From Gemmatimonadota bacterium (GTDB lineage: Bacteria > Gemmatimonadota > Gemmatimonadetes > Gemmatimonadales > GWC2-71-9): a stretch of 64,000 bases of DNA. The translations under genes were made by a program, and so were the position numbers. Positions 40,654 to 49,902 of this stretch are shown here, piece after piece (position 1 is the first letter of the stretch; each line of letters starts with the position of its first letter). The notes beneath the pieces are model-generated. The model was not told where the DNA came from. It saw nothing but the letters and a program-made list of their open reading frames with translations, and searched no databases. The stretch is taken from contig JAZDCZ010000011.1 in the NCBI GenBank assembly GCA_036679605.1, forward strand, positions 32,001 through 96,000. Reading direction: 5' to 3'.

Positions 40654-41169
40654 GTGGCTGATATCCTAGCTCGCGTGACGTTTCGATTGGCCGTCTTGGC
40701 GCTTGTCTCACCATCGACGTTAGCAGCCCAATCGGGATTTGAGTGTCCCGTGACAGCCTTGGAGTACCGTCTACCAACGATCGTCGGTCTGATGAGGGGA
40801 CGTGATCCGATTTGGCTCGTTGACGGTTCGTTCGGAAAGTGGACGGGACCCGACGTCCTAGCAAAATCTGTTTGGGTCCTATCGCGCGATAAAGATGGTG
40901 AGTTCACGGTGGAGGGGCGGCGGTTGGATGCGCCCGGCACAATGTTCTTCCAAGACGGCTTAAGCGGATCGCCGATTGAGCGTTTAGTGATCACCGATGC
41001 CAGCGCCCAGATGATCACGCCCGGCGGAGCCACTCCCGAAATCATGGAACGATACGTCTTCTTGATGATGTACCTCATCTATCCGGACTCGGGGTGTTGG
41101 GAGATAACCGCACGGTTGGGTAACAGGACCACACGCATCGTCATCGAAAAAACGGTGTCTGGCGGCTAA
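40654..41169 (+). CDS. Secreted hypothetical protein
   Basis: Signal peptide, CPVT, IYPDSGCWEITAR. Confidence 0.7.
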   Translation: MADILARVTFRLAVLALVSPSTLAAQSGFECPVTALEYRLPTIVGLMRGRDPIWLVDGSFGKWTGPDVLAKSVWVLSRDKDGEFTVEGRRLDAPGTMFFQDGLSGSPIERLVITDASAQMITPGGATPEIMERYVFLMMYLIYPDSGCWEITARLGNRTTRIVIEKTVSGG

Positions 41170-41301
41170 CTATTCGGTCCACGGTATCCCCTCAGTAGCT
41201 TCCCTTTGATGCTGGTCGGCCTTTCCATCTTGCTGTTCCTGCCGCATCAAGTTGACACTGCCCTTGCCGCTCATCGCGGCTGGCTAGGGGTGCCCAGGTG
41301 G

Positions 41302-43938
41302 CTATTCGGCGCGCAGCGCGGTTGCCGGATCTACTCGTGTAGCCCGCAGTGCTGGAAAGAACGCCGCCACGAGCCCGGCGGTACCCAACAGCAGCGTGAC
41401 AGCCGCAAAAGTTCTCGGATCCGTCGCCGAGACTTGGTAGAGCAACGCCTCAAGGGTTCTCGTTAGTGCGAACGCGCTGGCCAAACCGATCGTGAGCCCG
41501 GCAGCGATGACGCGCAGCTCTTCCCAGATTACCATCCCCAGGAGGTTGCCCGCGTCGGCGCCGATCGCCATTCGGATACCAATCTCTTGTGTGCGTGCTG
41601 CAACCGATTGCGCCGTGATCGCATAGACGCCCACGCCGGCCAGAACTAGCGCGACGGCCGCGAAGCCCGCAAGCAGCTTGGCGAAGATACCGCGTGCCCC
41701 GATCGAGGAGCGCACTACCGAATCGAGCGTCTGGATTCCGTATACCGGTTGTTGCGGATCGATGTCGAGGACCGCTTGCCGAATGGGTCGGACCAGCGTG
41801 AGCGGATCGACGGCGGTTCGGACGATCACGGTCAGGCCGCTTGGCCCGAACAACGTATGGGGGACGTAGGTCGTGCCGTCACCTTCGATGTCGAGTCCCT
41901 GGTCCCTGATATCGCCGACAACGCCGATGATTTCTTGTGCTCCCGTAGTGCCCCAGCGAAACTCGAGCTGTTTGCCCACCGGATTTTCGCCAGGCCAGTA
42001 GCGATCCGCGAGGTCTTTGCTGATGATCACGACATCGGGGTTTGTTCCCAGATCAATCCAGTCGAACGTACGGCCTCTGAGAAGTTGGATCTTCATGGTC
42101 TCGAAGTATCGAGGCGTGACGATCCGTTTCTTTGTACGCGGTGGATTGTCCTCGTTGTACTCCTGTCCCACTATGACGAAGGTGCCGTTGGTGTCGCCAC
42201 CGTCGAGCGGCAGGTGACTCGTCGCGCCGGCGTCCGCTACGCCTGGCAACGTGACCACACGGTCCATGAGTTCGTCCCAAAACTGCACGCGCTTCGCGGC
42301 CGTGTCGTACCGCTTTGCTGAGAGTGATACCTCGAGCGCTAACACGTTGTTCGCGTCGAATCCGGGATCTTCGTTGAGCAGGAGTAACGCGCTCTTGAGC
42401 ATGAGTGCCGCCCCCGTGAGCAGTACGAGAGACATAGCGACTTCCGCGCCCACGAGGAGCTTGCGCTGACGCCACGTCGTACGGCTTCCAGATACGCGGC
42501 CGGCTGCGCTCTCCTTGAGAGATTCCGCCACGTCGTGTCGACTGGCTCGCAAGGCGGGCAACAGACCAAACAACAATCCGGCGCCTAGCGAGAGCATCAG
42601 CGTGAATGCCGCCACGCGAACGTCAACGGCCGAAGTCGGTGCCAACGTCGCCGCCCGCTCGGCAGCAGCAGCAACCTGTTTAAGGAGGACATCTGAAAGG
42701 ACAAACCCTGCGACCCCGCCCAGAAGGCCCAGCAACGTGGTCTCGACGACGATTTGTCTGGCGAGTCTGAAGCGCCCAGCGCCTAGCGCGCTCCGAATGG
42801 CAAACTCTCGAGATCGGCCGGTGGTATGAGAAAGGAAAAGGCTTGCAAGGTTCGTGCAGACAATGAGGAGCAAGAAGGCAACGGCACCAGCCAGGACGCC
42901 CAAGAGTGTGTTAGCATCTCCGACAAGTCGTTCTCGAACGATCTGAAGTAAAATTCCGCTCGTCTCGACGGCCTCCTCCGTCAGGGCAAGCGCCAGTGCA
43001 TCAGCACGCGCCTGAGCTTGGACGCGCGACACATCTGAGCGTAGCCTGCCATACACCCGAAGGAAGTGTAGACTGGCGCGCATCCATTCTCTCTCGACCA
43101 ACGGCATCCAGACCGAGGCACTTCTCGATTCAACAAGGATCGATGCCTCGCGTGGCATCACACCGATCACCGTGTGCGACTCGTCGTTCAGGATGAGAGT
43201 CGTCCCCAGCACGGTGGGATCTGCGCCAAACCGGCTCTTCCAAAAGTGTTCGCTCAGCATCACGACGCGCGTTTCCCGATCACGATCAGTCTTGTCGAAA
43301 CCCCGTCCGAGCACGGGCGCAAGTCCCAGCACGGCTAGGAAGTCGCCAGCCAGGTACATCCCGCTCAGACGTTCGGGCCCCGTGTTGCTGAGCAGCGTGA
43401 AGCTCGCGGTGTATCTCGTGGCAATTGCTTGGAGAAACTCGGCACGCTCTTGCCAGTGCCGGAAGTCGGGATATGATGTGGGGGACGTTCCTTCGTCGTT
43501 TCCTTCCCAGAGCAGCGTGAGTTCATGGTCTCTGGGGAATGGCAGGGGACGAACGAGCGCGGCATCGACCACCGAGAAAACCGCAGTGTTTGCTCCGATC
43601 CCAAGGGCCAAGATCACAATGGCGACGATCGCGAAGCCCGGTCTGCGTCTCATTTGGCGCAACGCATATCTCAGATCTTGCCGGAGATCCAGCACGATCT
43701 GCAGCCGCCGAACTTTCCTTTCTCGGTTCCGGTCGATCTCGCGCATTTGCAGCTTCACCCGACCAATGTCGCCAAACAGCTTGAGCGCTTCGGCACGGGC
43801 CGCGTCGGGACTCCAACCAGCGGCAACGAGATCGTCGATCTGCATCTGCATGTGAGCATCGACTTCGGCTGCAACCGCTCGATCGATATGATCTTGGGTC
43901 TGGCAGCGTCTGTGTTCTTCGTTCGTTGAATCAGACAT
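41302..43938 (-). CDS. ADOP-type duplicated ABC permease (MacB/FtsX x2) with permease-prefix domain
   Basis: QDLRYALRQM, LALGIGANTAVFS, EFAIRSALGAGR, EIGIRMAIGA, RATRVDP..ALRAE. Confidence 0.95.
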   Translation of the reverse strand: MSDSTNEEHRRCQTQDHIDRAVAAEVDAHMQMQIDDLVAAGWSPDAARAEALKLFGDIGRVKLQMREIDRNRERKVRRLQIVLDLRQDLRYALRQMRRRPGFAIVAIVILALGIGANTAVFSVVDAALVRPLPFPRDHELTLLWEGNDEGTSPTSYPDFRHWQERAEFLQAIATRYTASFTLLSNTGPERLSGMYLAGDFLAVLGLAPVLGRGFDKTDRDRETRVVMLSEHFWKSRFGADPTVLGTTLILNDESHTVIGVMPREASILVESRSASVWMPLVEREWMRASLHFLRVYGRLRSDVSRVQAQARADALALALTEEAVETSGILLQIVRERLVGDANTLLGVLAGAVAFLLLIVCTNLASLFLSHTTGRSREFAIRSALGAGRFRLARQIVVETTLLGLLGGVAGFVLSDVLLKQVAAAAERAATLAPTSAVDVRVAAFTLMLSLGAGLLFGLLPALRASRHDVAESLKESAAGRVSGSRTTWRQRKLLVGAEVAMSLVLLTGAALMLKSALLLLNEDPGFDANNVLALEVSLSAKRYDTAAKRVQFWDELMDRVVTLPGVADAGATSHLPLDGGDTNGTFVIVGQEYNEDNPPRTKKRIVTPRYFETMKIQLLRGRTFDWIDLGTNPDVVIISKDLADRYWPGENPVGKQLEFRWGTTGAQEIIGVVGDIRDQGLDIEGDGTTYVPHTLFGPSGLTVIVRTAVDPLTLVRPIRQAVLDIDPQQPVYGIQTLDSVVRSSIGARGIFAKLLAGFAAVALVLAGVGVYAITAQSVAARTQEIGIRMAIGADAGNLLGMVIWEELRVIAAGLTIGLASAFALTRTLEALLYQVSATDPRTFAAVTLLLGTAGLVAAFFPALRATRVDPATALRAE

Positions 43939-43956
43939 TGAGTGTCACCGAGCTGG

Positions 43957-44292
43957 TTATTCGGATGCGTTGACGACCTTCCAGACCGCTTGGGAGATGC
44001 GTTGCCATCTGGAGATCTCCTTCTGTAAGTGTTTTTCTCCGCGTCGGGTGAGGTGGTAGTACTTGGCTTTCCGGTTGTTCTCCGACACGCCCCAATCGGA
44101 GGCAATCAACCGCCGCGCCTCGAGCCGGTGCAGGGCGGGGTAAAGCGCCCCGTCATCGATCGTCATCGCCTCTTCGGTCGTTTCGCGAATCCATTTCACG
44201 ACGCCGTATCCGTGCACGGCTCCATGTCGAAGACTCTTCAGGATCATCAGATCCAGCGTGCCCTTGAGGACTTGCGGCTCCTCGTGGCTCAT
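43957..44292 (-). CDS. PadR family regulator
   Basis: LKGTLDLMILKSL..HGYG..GALYPALHRLE..SENNRKAKYY. Confidence 0.95.
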   Translation of the reverse strand: MSHEEPQVLKGTLDLMILKSLRHGAVHGYGVVKWIRETTEEAMTIDDGALYPALHRLEARRLIASDWGVSENNRKAKYYHLTRRGEKHLQKEISRWQRISQAVWKVVNASE

Positions 44293-44301
44293 GGGAGACA
44301 G

Positions 44302-44357
44302 CTCCCCTATAAGTTCTAGAGGAGTGTACGGTGGTTCCTCTATAAGTTCAAGGGGAG
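44302..44357. promoter_or_regulatory. Two tandem quasi-palindromic boxes, probable PadR operator
   Basis: CTCCCCTATAAGTTCTAGAGGAG and TTCCTCTATAAGTTCAAGGGGAG, 33 nt apart. Confidence 0.7.
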
Positions 44358-44464
44358 CACGTCCGAGGAAGCTCGAGATGGCGGCGATGGGACCTGGCGC
44401 GTTATCGGCGCGGTGGCGTGTGATGCTGACAACGCGCGTTAGGGCCGAACCTGAAATCTAGGGG

Positions 44465-44497
44465 TTGACATGTCAAGAAGTGCTAATAATTTAGCAC
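44465..44497 (+). promoter_or_regulatory. Promoter and probable BlaI operator
   Basis: TTGACA at 44465; perfect dyad GTGCTAA-TAAT-TTAGCAC at 44480-44497. Confidence 0.7.
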
Positions 44498-44563
44498 TAG
44501 GTTAAAAAACCAGCATATCACACGGTTTGGTGTGGCCGCACGCCTTATTAAGGAGTAGCACGA

Positions 44564-44953
44564 ATGCTCGAACTAGCCTCAAGCGCCTTGAGTCGTCGGG
44601 AGCGCCAAATCATGGACGTCATCTACCGCCAAGGATCCGCCACCGCGCAAGACGTTCGCGAGCAGATCGCCGACGCTCCCAGCTATTCTGCCGTTCGGGC
44701 GTTGCTGCGGGTACTCGAAGAGAAGGGGCATGTCCGGCATCGGCACGACGGTCCCCGCTACGTGTATTCCCCAACGGTCACACGGGGGCGGGCGCGCCAG
44801 TCCGCGTTGCGACAGCTGCTCAAGACGTTCTTTGACGATTCTCCTGAGGCAGCGGTTGCTGCACTGCTAGACATGTCCCACTCCGACCTCTCGGACCAGG
44901 AACTCGGTCGGTTGGCCAAGCTGATCGCGCAGGCGAAGAAGGAAGGACGGTAG
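44564..44953 (+). CDS. BlaI/MecI/CopY family repressor
   Basis: LSRRERQIMDVIY..SYSAVRALLRVLEEKG..TFFDDS. Confidence 0.95.
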   Translation: MLELASSALSRRERQIMDVIYRQGSATAQDVREQIADAPSYSAVRALLRVLEEKGHVRHRHDGPRYVYSPTVTRGRARQSALRQLLKTFFDDSPEAAVAALLDMSHSDLSDQELGRLAKLIAQAKKEGR

Positions 44954-44955
44954 GT

Positions 44956-47733
44956 ATGTCCATATTGCTCGCGCTGAGTCTCAAGATCGCCGCGGTCCTT
45001 GCCGCGACTGGTCTCGTGTCGTTGTTCCTACATCGTGCCTCGGCGTCGCAGCGGCATCTGGTTTGGACGCTTGGTTTGGGTGTCGCGCTCGCGTTGCCGG
45101 CCCTGGCCGTGTTCTCCCCCACGTGGAGCGTTCCTCTGAGCGAGGTATTCGGGGAGGAAGCGCCGGCCGTGGCCGCCGCGGGGTCACAAGCAACCCCACT
45201 GGGGTCCGAACCTACGCCTCGGGAGGTGACGCAGCTGCCTGCCAGCGCGCGCGCGACGACGGAGCCGAGCGAAGATGTCAGCGGTGCACCCGTCCCAGCG
45301 GCAGCACCCGTCCGTCCGAACCCGGCGGGTGTCAGCGCGACTGTTGGCACCCGGCGGTCGTGGACGGCCTCGATTCCGCCGACCGCGCAAATTCTCGTGT
45401 GGAGCTGGCTCGCCGTGACGGCAGTGCTGTTGTGTACGATCGGATTGTCACTAGCGCGCGTTGCACGACTCGGTGCGCGCTCGACGCCGATCACCGACCC
45501 AAGAATCCGACAAATGGCCCGCCGCCTCTCGGACCAGCTCGGTATCCGGCGCCCGGTCCGGCTGGTTGGAGGGGATGCGTCGAGCATGCCGATGATATGG
45601 GGCGCGACGGTACCGGTGCTCCATCTACCTAACACGGCGTCGAGCTGGACCGACGATCGCCTGCGAGCGGTGCTGCTCCACGAGTTGGCCCACGTTCGCC
45701 GCTACGACTATGCGACGCAGCTCATGGCCCGGCTCGCGTGCGCAATTCACTGGTTTAACCCGTTGATGTGGGTGGCAGCGTACCGGCTGCGCGTCGAGCG
45801 CGAGCTGGCCTGCGATGACGTGGTCATCAACGCGGGATCGAAGCCTTCGTCGTATGCCGCTCACCTGCTGTACATCGCCCGATCGCTGCGTGTGGGTGCG
45901 ATCGAGTCGGTGGCGTCTATCGCTATGGCCAAACGCTCACAGTTGAGCGGGCGTCTGTTGGCGGTGCTCGATCCAGGCCGCGCGCGCTACGCAGTCTCAC
46001 CGAAGGGAGTCCTCAGGGCTTGTGCGGTCGCGCTGCCCATCGCCGTGCTGATCGCCGGCGCCAGCGGGGCAGCGGTCGCTGATTCGACCGACCCTGTGAC
46101 CACGCTCGGTACACCGGCGACGCCGATGGCGTCGATCGAGTTCGAAGAGCCGACTCTGGAGTCCCGGGCTACGACATCCGTCCCCGAGCTACCAGCCCGA
46201 GGCACTCATGCACTCCCGCAGTGGTCGCAATCGTGTGACTGGGCCGACAGCGAGGGACGACGGTCCTCGTCCATGTCCATCGAGGACGATCGTATCCGGA
46301 TCAGTCTCCGCATCGGCGAGTGCTGGCTCGACGTCAAGGCAATGGGCGATATCACGTTCAGCGACGACGAGCGCGACATCATCTCCATCACCCGTGGCGG
46401 GTTCCTCGAGATCGAGGAGCGAAACGGGAGGGATCGCCGCGGCGTGATCATCGAATCGGGAGCCAACGGGCTCGACCGCAAGTGGATCGTAAACGGGATC
46501 GAGCAGCCATTCGGCCAGGACGCGACCGACTGGCTGGCCAGAATGGTGCCGATGATGTTCCGGGTAGCCGGGTTGGATGCCGAGGCGCGCGCCGCTCGCA
46601 TCTACGCGCGCGGCGGCGCGGAAGCAGTGCTCCAGGAGATCGAGTTCATTGCGAGCGACCACGTGGCAGCGAAGTACTTCGCGGTGCTGTTGTCGCAGGA
46701 CGATGTGGACACGAAGACGGTGCGCCGCGTGATCAGGCAGGCAGGCGCGCAGATTTCCTCGGACTACGCGTTGGCGGCGTTGTTGATCACGGTGGCAGAG
46801 AAGCAGCCACTCGATGACACTGTCCTTGCGGTCTACGTCGAGGCGGCCAACACCTTGGGATCGGATCACGAACACGGTCGGGTGCTGCGCGCCGTGCTGA
46901 CCCGCGAGAATATATCCCGGGGGCTAGCTGATGCGATGCTCAAATCTGCCAGGCAGATCGAGTCCGACTACGAGGTTTCAAGACTGCTCCTCGCGGTGAT
47001 CGACCGGCATCCGATCGACGACGCGTTGACACCCGCGTTCATTGCGGTGGTGGAATCCATTGGATCGGATCACGAACGCGGTCGCGTACTCGAGGCAGCG
47101 CTCAAAGCGGGTGCGCCGAGTCTCCCGGTGCTGGATCGAATCCTGGAGTCGGCGCGTGGGATCGAGTCCGACCACACGCTCTCCACGCTACTCATGCGTG
47201 TTGGTGAGCTGTATCCCCTCGACCGGCAGCTGCCACGGAGTTTCGTTGCCGCCGCGAAAACCCTCGATTCTGACCACAACCTGAGTCAGGTTCTCTCGAC
47301 GCTGCTCGAGCGTGATGCCTTAGGGGAAGACGCGCTACTGCAGGTGCTGGATGTGACCGCGGAAATGGAATCGGATCATAGCATGTCGCAAGTCTTGATG
47401 CTGGTGGCTGACCGCTACGCGCTCAACGGCCGAGTCGGCCAGAAGTACCTCCGCGCGGTAAGCCGGTCGGGCTCGGACTTCGAGCGCGGCCGCCTGCTGA
47501 CCGCCGCGATCGATCGAGCTTCCATCAGCACCGAGATGTTGAGTGGAGTGCTGGAGGTGGCTGCCTCGATTGAATCGGAGCACACACTGGCGACCCTTCT
47601 GATCAAGGTCGCGCAGCGTCACGGGGTATCGGATGACATCCGGGCGAGTTTCATGCGGGCTACTGACGCACTCGGCTCCACTCACCAGCGTGGTAGAGTG
47701 CTCGACGCGGCGTTCCCTCGCAACGGGAACTAG
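44956..47733 (+). CDS. BlaR1-like M56 peptidase with C-terminal helical repeats
   Basis: VLLHELAHVRR, HWFNPLMW, ERELACDD; about 11 xxSD(H/Y) repeats. Confidence 0.92.
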   Translation: MSILLALSLKIAAVLAATGLVSLFLHRASASQRHLVWTLGLGVALALPALAVFSPTWSVPLSEVFGEEAPAVAAAGSQATPLGSEPTPREVTQLPASARATTEPSEDVSGAPVPAAAPVRPNPAGVSATVGTRRSWTASIPPTAQILVWSWLAVTAVLLCTIGLSLARVARLGARSTPITDPRIRQMARRLSDQLGIRRPVRLVGGDASSMPMIWGATVPVLHLPNTASSWTDDRLRAVLLHELAHVRRYDYATQLMARLACAIHWFNPLMWVAAYRLRVERELACDDVVINAGSKPSSYAAHLLYIARSLRVGAIESVASIAMAKRSQLSGRLLAVLDPGRARYAVSPKGVLRACAVALPIAVLIAGASGAAVADSTDPVTTLGTPATPMASIEFEEPTLESRATTSVPELPARGTHALPQWSQSCDWADSEGRRSSSMSIEDDRIRISLRIGECWLDVKAMGDITFSDDERDIISITRGGFLEIEERNGRDRRGVIIESGANGLDRKWIVNGIEQPFGQDATDWLARMVPMMFRVAGLDAEARAARIYARGGAEAVLQEIEFIASDHVAAKYFAVLLSQDDVDTKTVRRVIRQAGAQISSDYALAALLITVAEKQPLDDTVLAVYVEAANTLGSDHEHGRVLRAVLTRENISRGLADAMLKSARQIESDYEVSRLLLAVIDRHPIDDALTPAFIAVVESIGSDHERGRVLEAALKAGAPSLPVLDRILESARGIESDHTLSTLLMRVGELYPLDRQLPRSFVAAAKTLDSDHNLSQVLSTLLERDALGEDALLQVLDVTAEMESDHSMSQVLMLVADRYALNGRVGQKYLRAVSRSGSDFERGRLLTAAIDRASISTEMLSGVLEVAASIESEHTLATLLIKVAQRHGVSDDIRASFMRATDALGSTHQRGRVLDAAFPRNGN

Positions 47734-47884
47734 CCCTCACCGGCGGCTTGGCCGGGGACACACACGAAAGCGACTTGTCCCACTCGGGGGATCTTATTAG
47801 AATAAGGTAGATAAATTTTAATAACCTCCGGGCGGAGCCGCTGCCCGATTCAAAGATCGAGGCTGATCTGAGGAGGGAGACCCC

Positions 47885-48937
47885 ATGAAACTGACCTGGC
47901 GACGTGGAGTTCGTTGGCTGGTGAGGCTCGGTCTGGTCGGGATTGCGCTCACGGTTATCGCGGGATCCGTCGCTTGGGTCATCGAAACGCGTCTGCAGTC
48001 GCGAGATGAACGCCGGTATCCCCCACCCGGCCGACTGGTGAACGTCGGCAATCACTCGATGCACATCCGCTGCTTGGGCACCGGCACCCCAACCGTCGTC
48101 TTGGAGGCCGGCGTCCAGTTCTGGTCTTCCCAATGGTATTGGGTCCATCGTAGGGTTGCCGAGGGGACGCGAGTGTGTGCCTACGACCGCTCGGGCCTCG
48201 GGTGGAGCGAACCGGGGCCGGGGCCGTATGACGGCGAATCGATGGCTCGTGAGCTTCGAGCTCTGCTCGGAAACGCCACAGAGTCCGGCCCCTACGTTCT
48301 GGTCGGACACTCCCTGGGCGGCATGCTCGTCCGCATCTACTATCGGCTCTTCCCGGATGAGGTCGCCGGTCTCGTCCTGGTCGATCCCGGAATCCCCACC
48401 GAGTTCCTCGACCCCGACGAAGACCTCGAAGCCACGTGCGGATGGCGCTGTTCGGCTGCGAGGACCCTGGCTTCCCTCGGAATCTTCCGCCGGACGTATG
48501 CCGGCATCATGACGAATCCGCAGTACCCGGCTGCGGTCGTCCCGCAGACCCGGGCGCTACTTGGGACGCCCGCCGCCACGTATGCGGCGACACGGACGCT
48601 GGCTCGCGTCGGGCGAACGTCCGCTCAGACGATGGCGAACGACGATCTTGACGCGGTCCCGTTGGTTATCCTGCGCTCGCAAGATTTCCGTCTCGACGAA
48701 GACGTAGAGGAGGAGATCCTACAGCGACACCGAGCACGCCGCCAACGCATTCTCGCGGGGATGAGCGAGATCCTGGACCTTTCGAGTCGAAGCCGGGGGC
48801 CCATCGTCGTCGAGGGATCGAATCACGAATCCCTCATCATGTATGATCGGCACGCGAGGATCGTGAGCGAAGAGATCGACGAGATGGTGCGCTCGATTCG
48901 GGAAGGAGGCGCATCAGCGAAATCCCGGCAGCCGTAA
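47885..48937 (+). CDS. Alpha/beta hydrolase
   Basis: VCAYDRSGLGWS, GHSLGG, GLVLVD. Confidence 0.92.
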   Translation: MKLTWRRGVRWLVRLGLVGIALTVIAGSVAWVIETRLQSRDERRYPPPGRLVNVGNHSMHIRCLGTGTPTVVLEAGVQFWSSQWYWVHRRVAEGTRVCAYDRSGLGWSEPGPGPYDGESMARELRALLGNATESGPYVLVGHSLGGMLVRIYYRLFPDEVAGLVLVDPGIPTEFLDPDEDLEATCGWRCSAARTLASLGIFRRTYAGIMTNPQYPAAVVPQTRALLGTPAATYAATRTLARVGRTSAQTMANDDLDAVPLVILRSQDFRLDEDVEEEILQRHRARRQRILAGMSEILDLSSRSRGPIVVEGSNHESLIMYDRHARIVSEEIDEMVRSIREGGASAKSRQP

Positions 48938-48961
48938 TCGGCGATCAAAGCCCGAGAAGCG

Positions 48962-49554
48962 ATGGCGCCAGGGAAGGAAAATGGTCGGCCATTCGCGAGA
49001 TCTCCCGCATTCGAGCACTTGACTCACCGATCCGGCAGGAGATCCTCGACAGCGTGCAGGCCATGGGGCTGTGCGCCATTGGCGACATCGCGCGCGCGCT
49101 GAACCGGGCGCCTGAGAACCTCTACTACCACGTCGCGCGACTCATCGACGTCGGCTTGCTGCGCGAGGTCGGCAAGAGGTCGACCCCGGGCCGACCCGAG
49201 GTCCTGTACGACATGCCCGCCGGAAAGCTGCGCGTCCTGTACGATCCCGAGGATCCGGCGAATGTCGAGGCGGTCACTGATGTGGCGCGCTCGATGCTGC
49301 GGGTCGCCGAGAAGGATTTCCGCACGGGGTTCCTCCCTGGCTTGGCGGTAGCCTCGGGGCCGGGTCGCAACCTTTGGGCGGCCCGGACCAAGGGGTGGGT
49401 GCGTCCCGAAGACCTGGCCGAGGTCAATCGGCTCCTGAACCGGCTCGCCGATCTGTTGATCGACGGGAACTCCTCGGAGGGCGGCTCGCTGATCGCACTA
49501 ACGTGGATCCTAGCCCCGGTCACCCGACGCGACGCCATACAGCAGGACTCTTGA
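48962..49554 (+). CDS. ArsR-like HTH regulator, possible frameshift near the start
   Basis: RALDSPIRQEIL lies upstream in frame with IARALNR..LYYHVARL..GLL; ATG 48962 is in another frame. Confidence 0.75.
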
Positions 49555-49782
49555 AAGGGGATCACAGACCGGCGCATTCCATACACGGTCCTTGCCCACA
49601 GCTGGAAGCCGAACGGCGAATCTTGCGACACGAGGCGCCACAGGCAATCCGACCGCACTGCTTCTACCGACCATCAACAATCCCTCTGCAACGATGAAGC
49701 GGTTGCCTCCAGCTCCACCGCGGTGACCTAGCTGGGAAACAGGGGTTTGAGCACTTGCATTCGCCCGAACCGGGCGTTAATT

Positions 49783-49805
49783 TGCAGTGCAATAGATGCA
49801 CTGCA
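49783..49805. promoter_or_regulatory. Palindromic operator
   Basis: TGCAGTGCA-N5-TGCACTGCA, ~100 nt upstream of the S9 gene. Confidence 0.6.
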
Positions 49806-49902
49806 GTTATTTCCATTGACGCCCCCCAATGGTGCTTGGGACCAAGGGTACTGGACGGCCGGCCCACACCACCTTCACCCCGTTTACTCAGGAGACCAAA
49901 CA

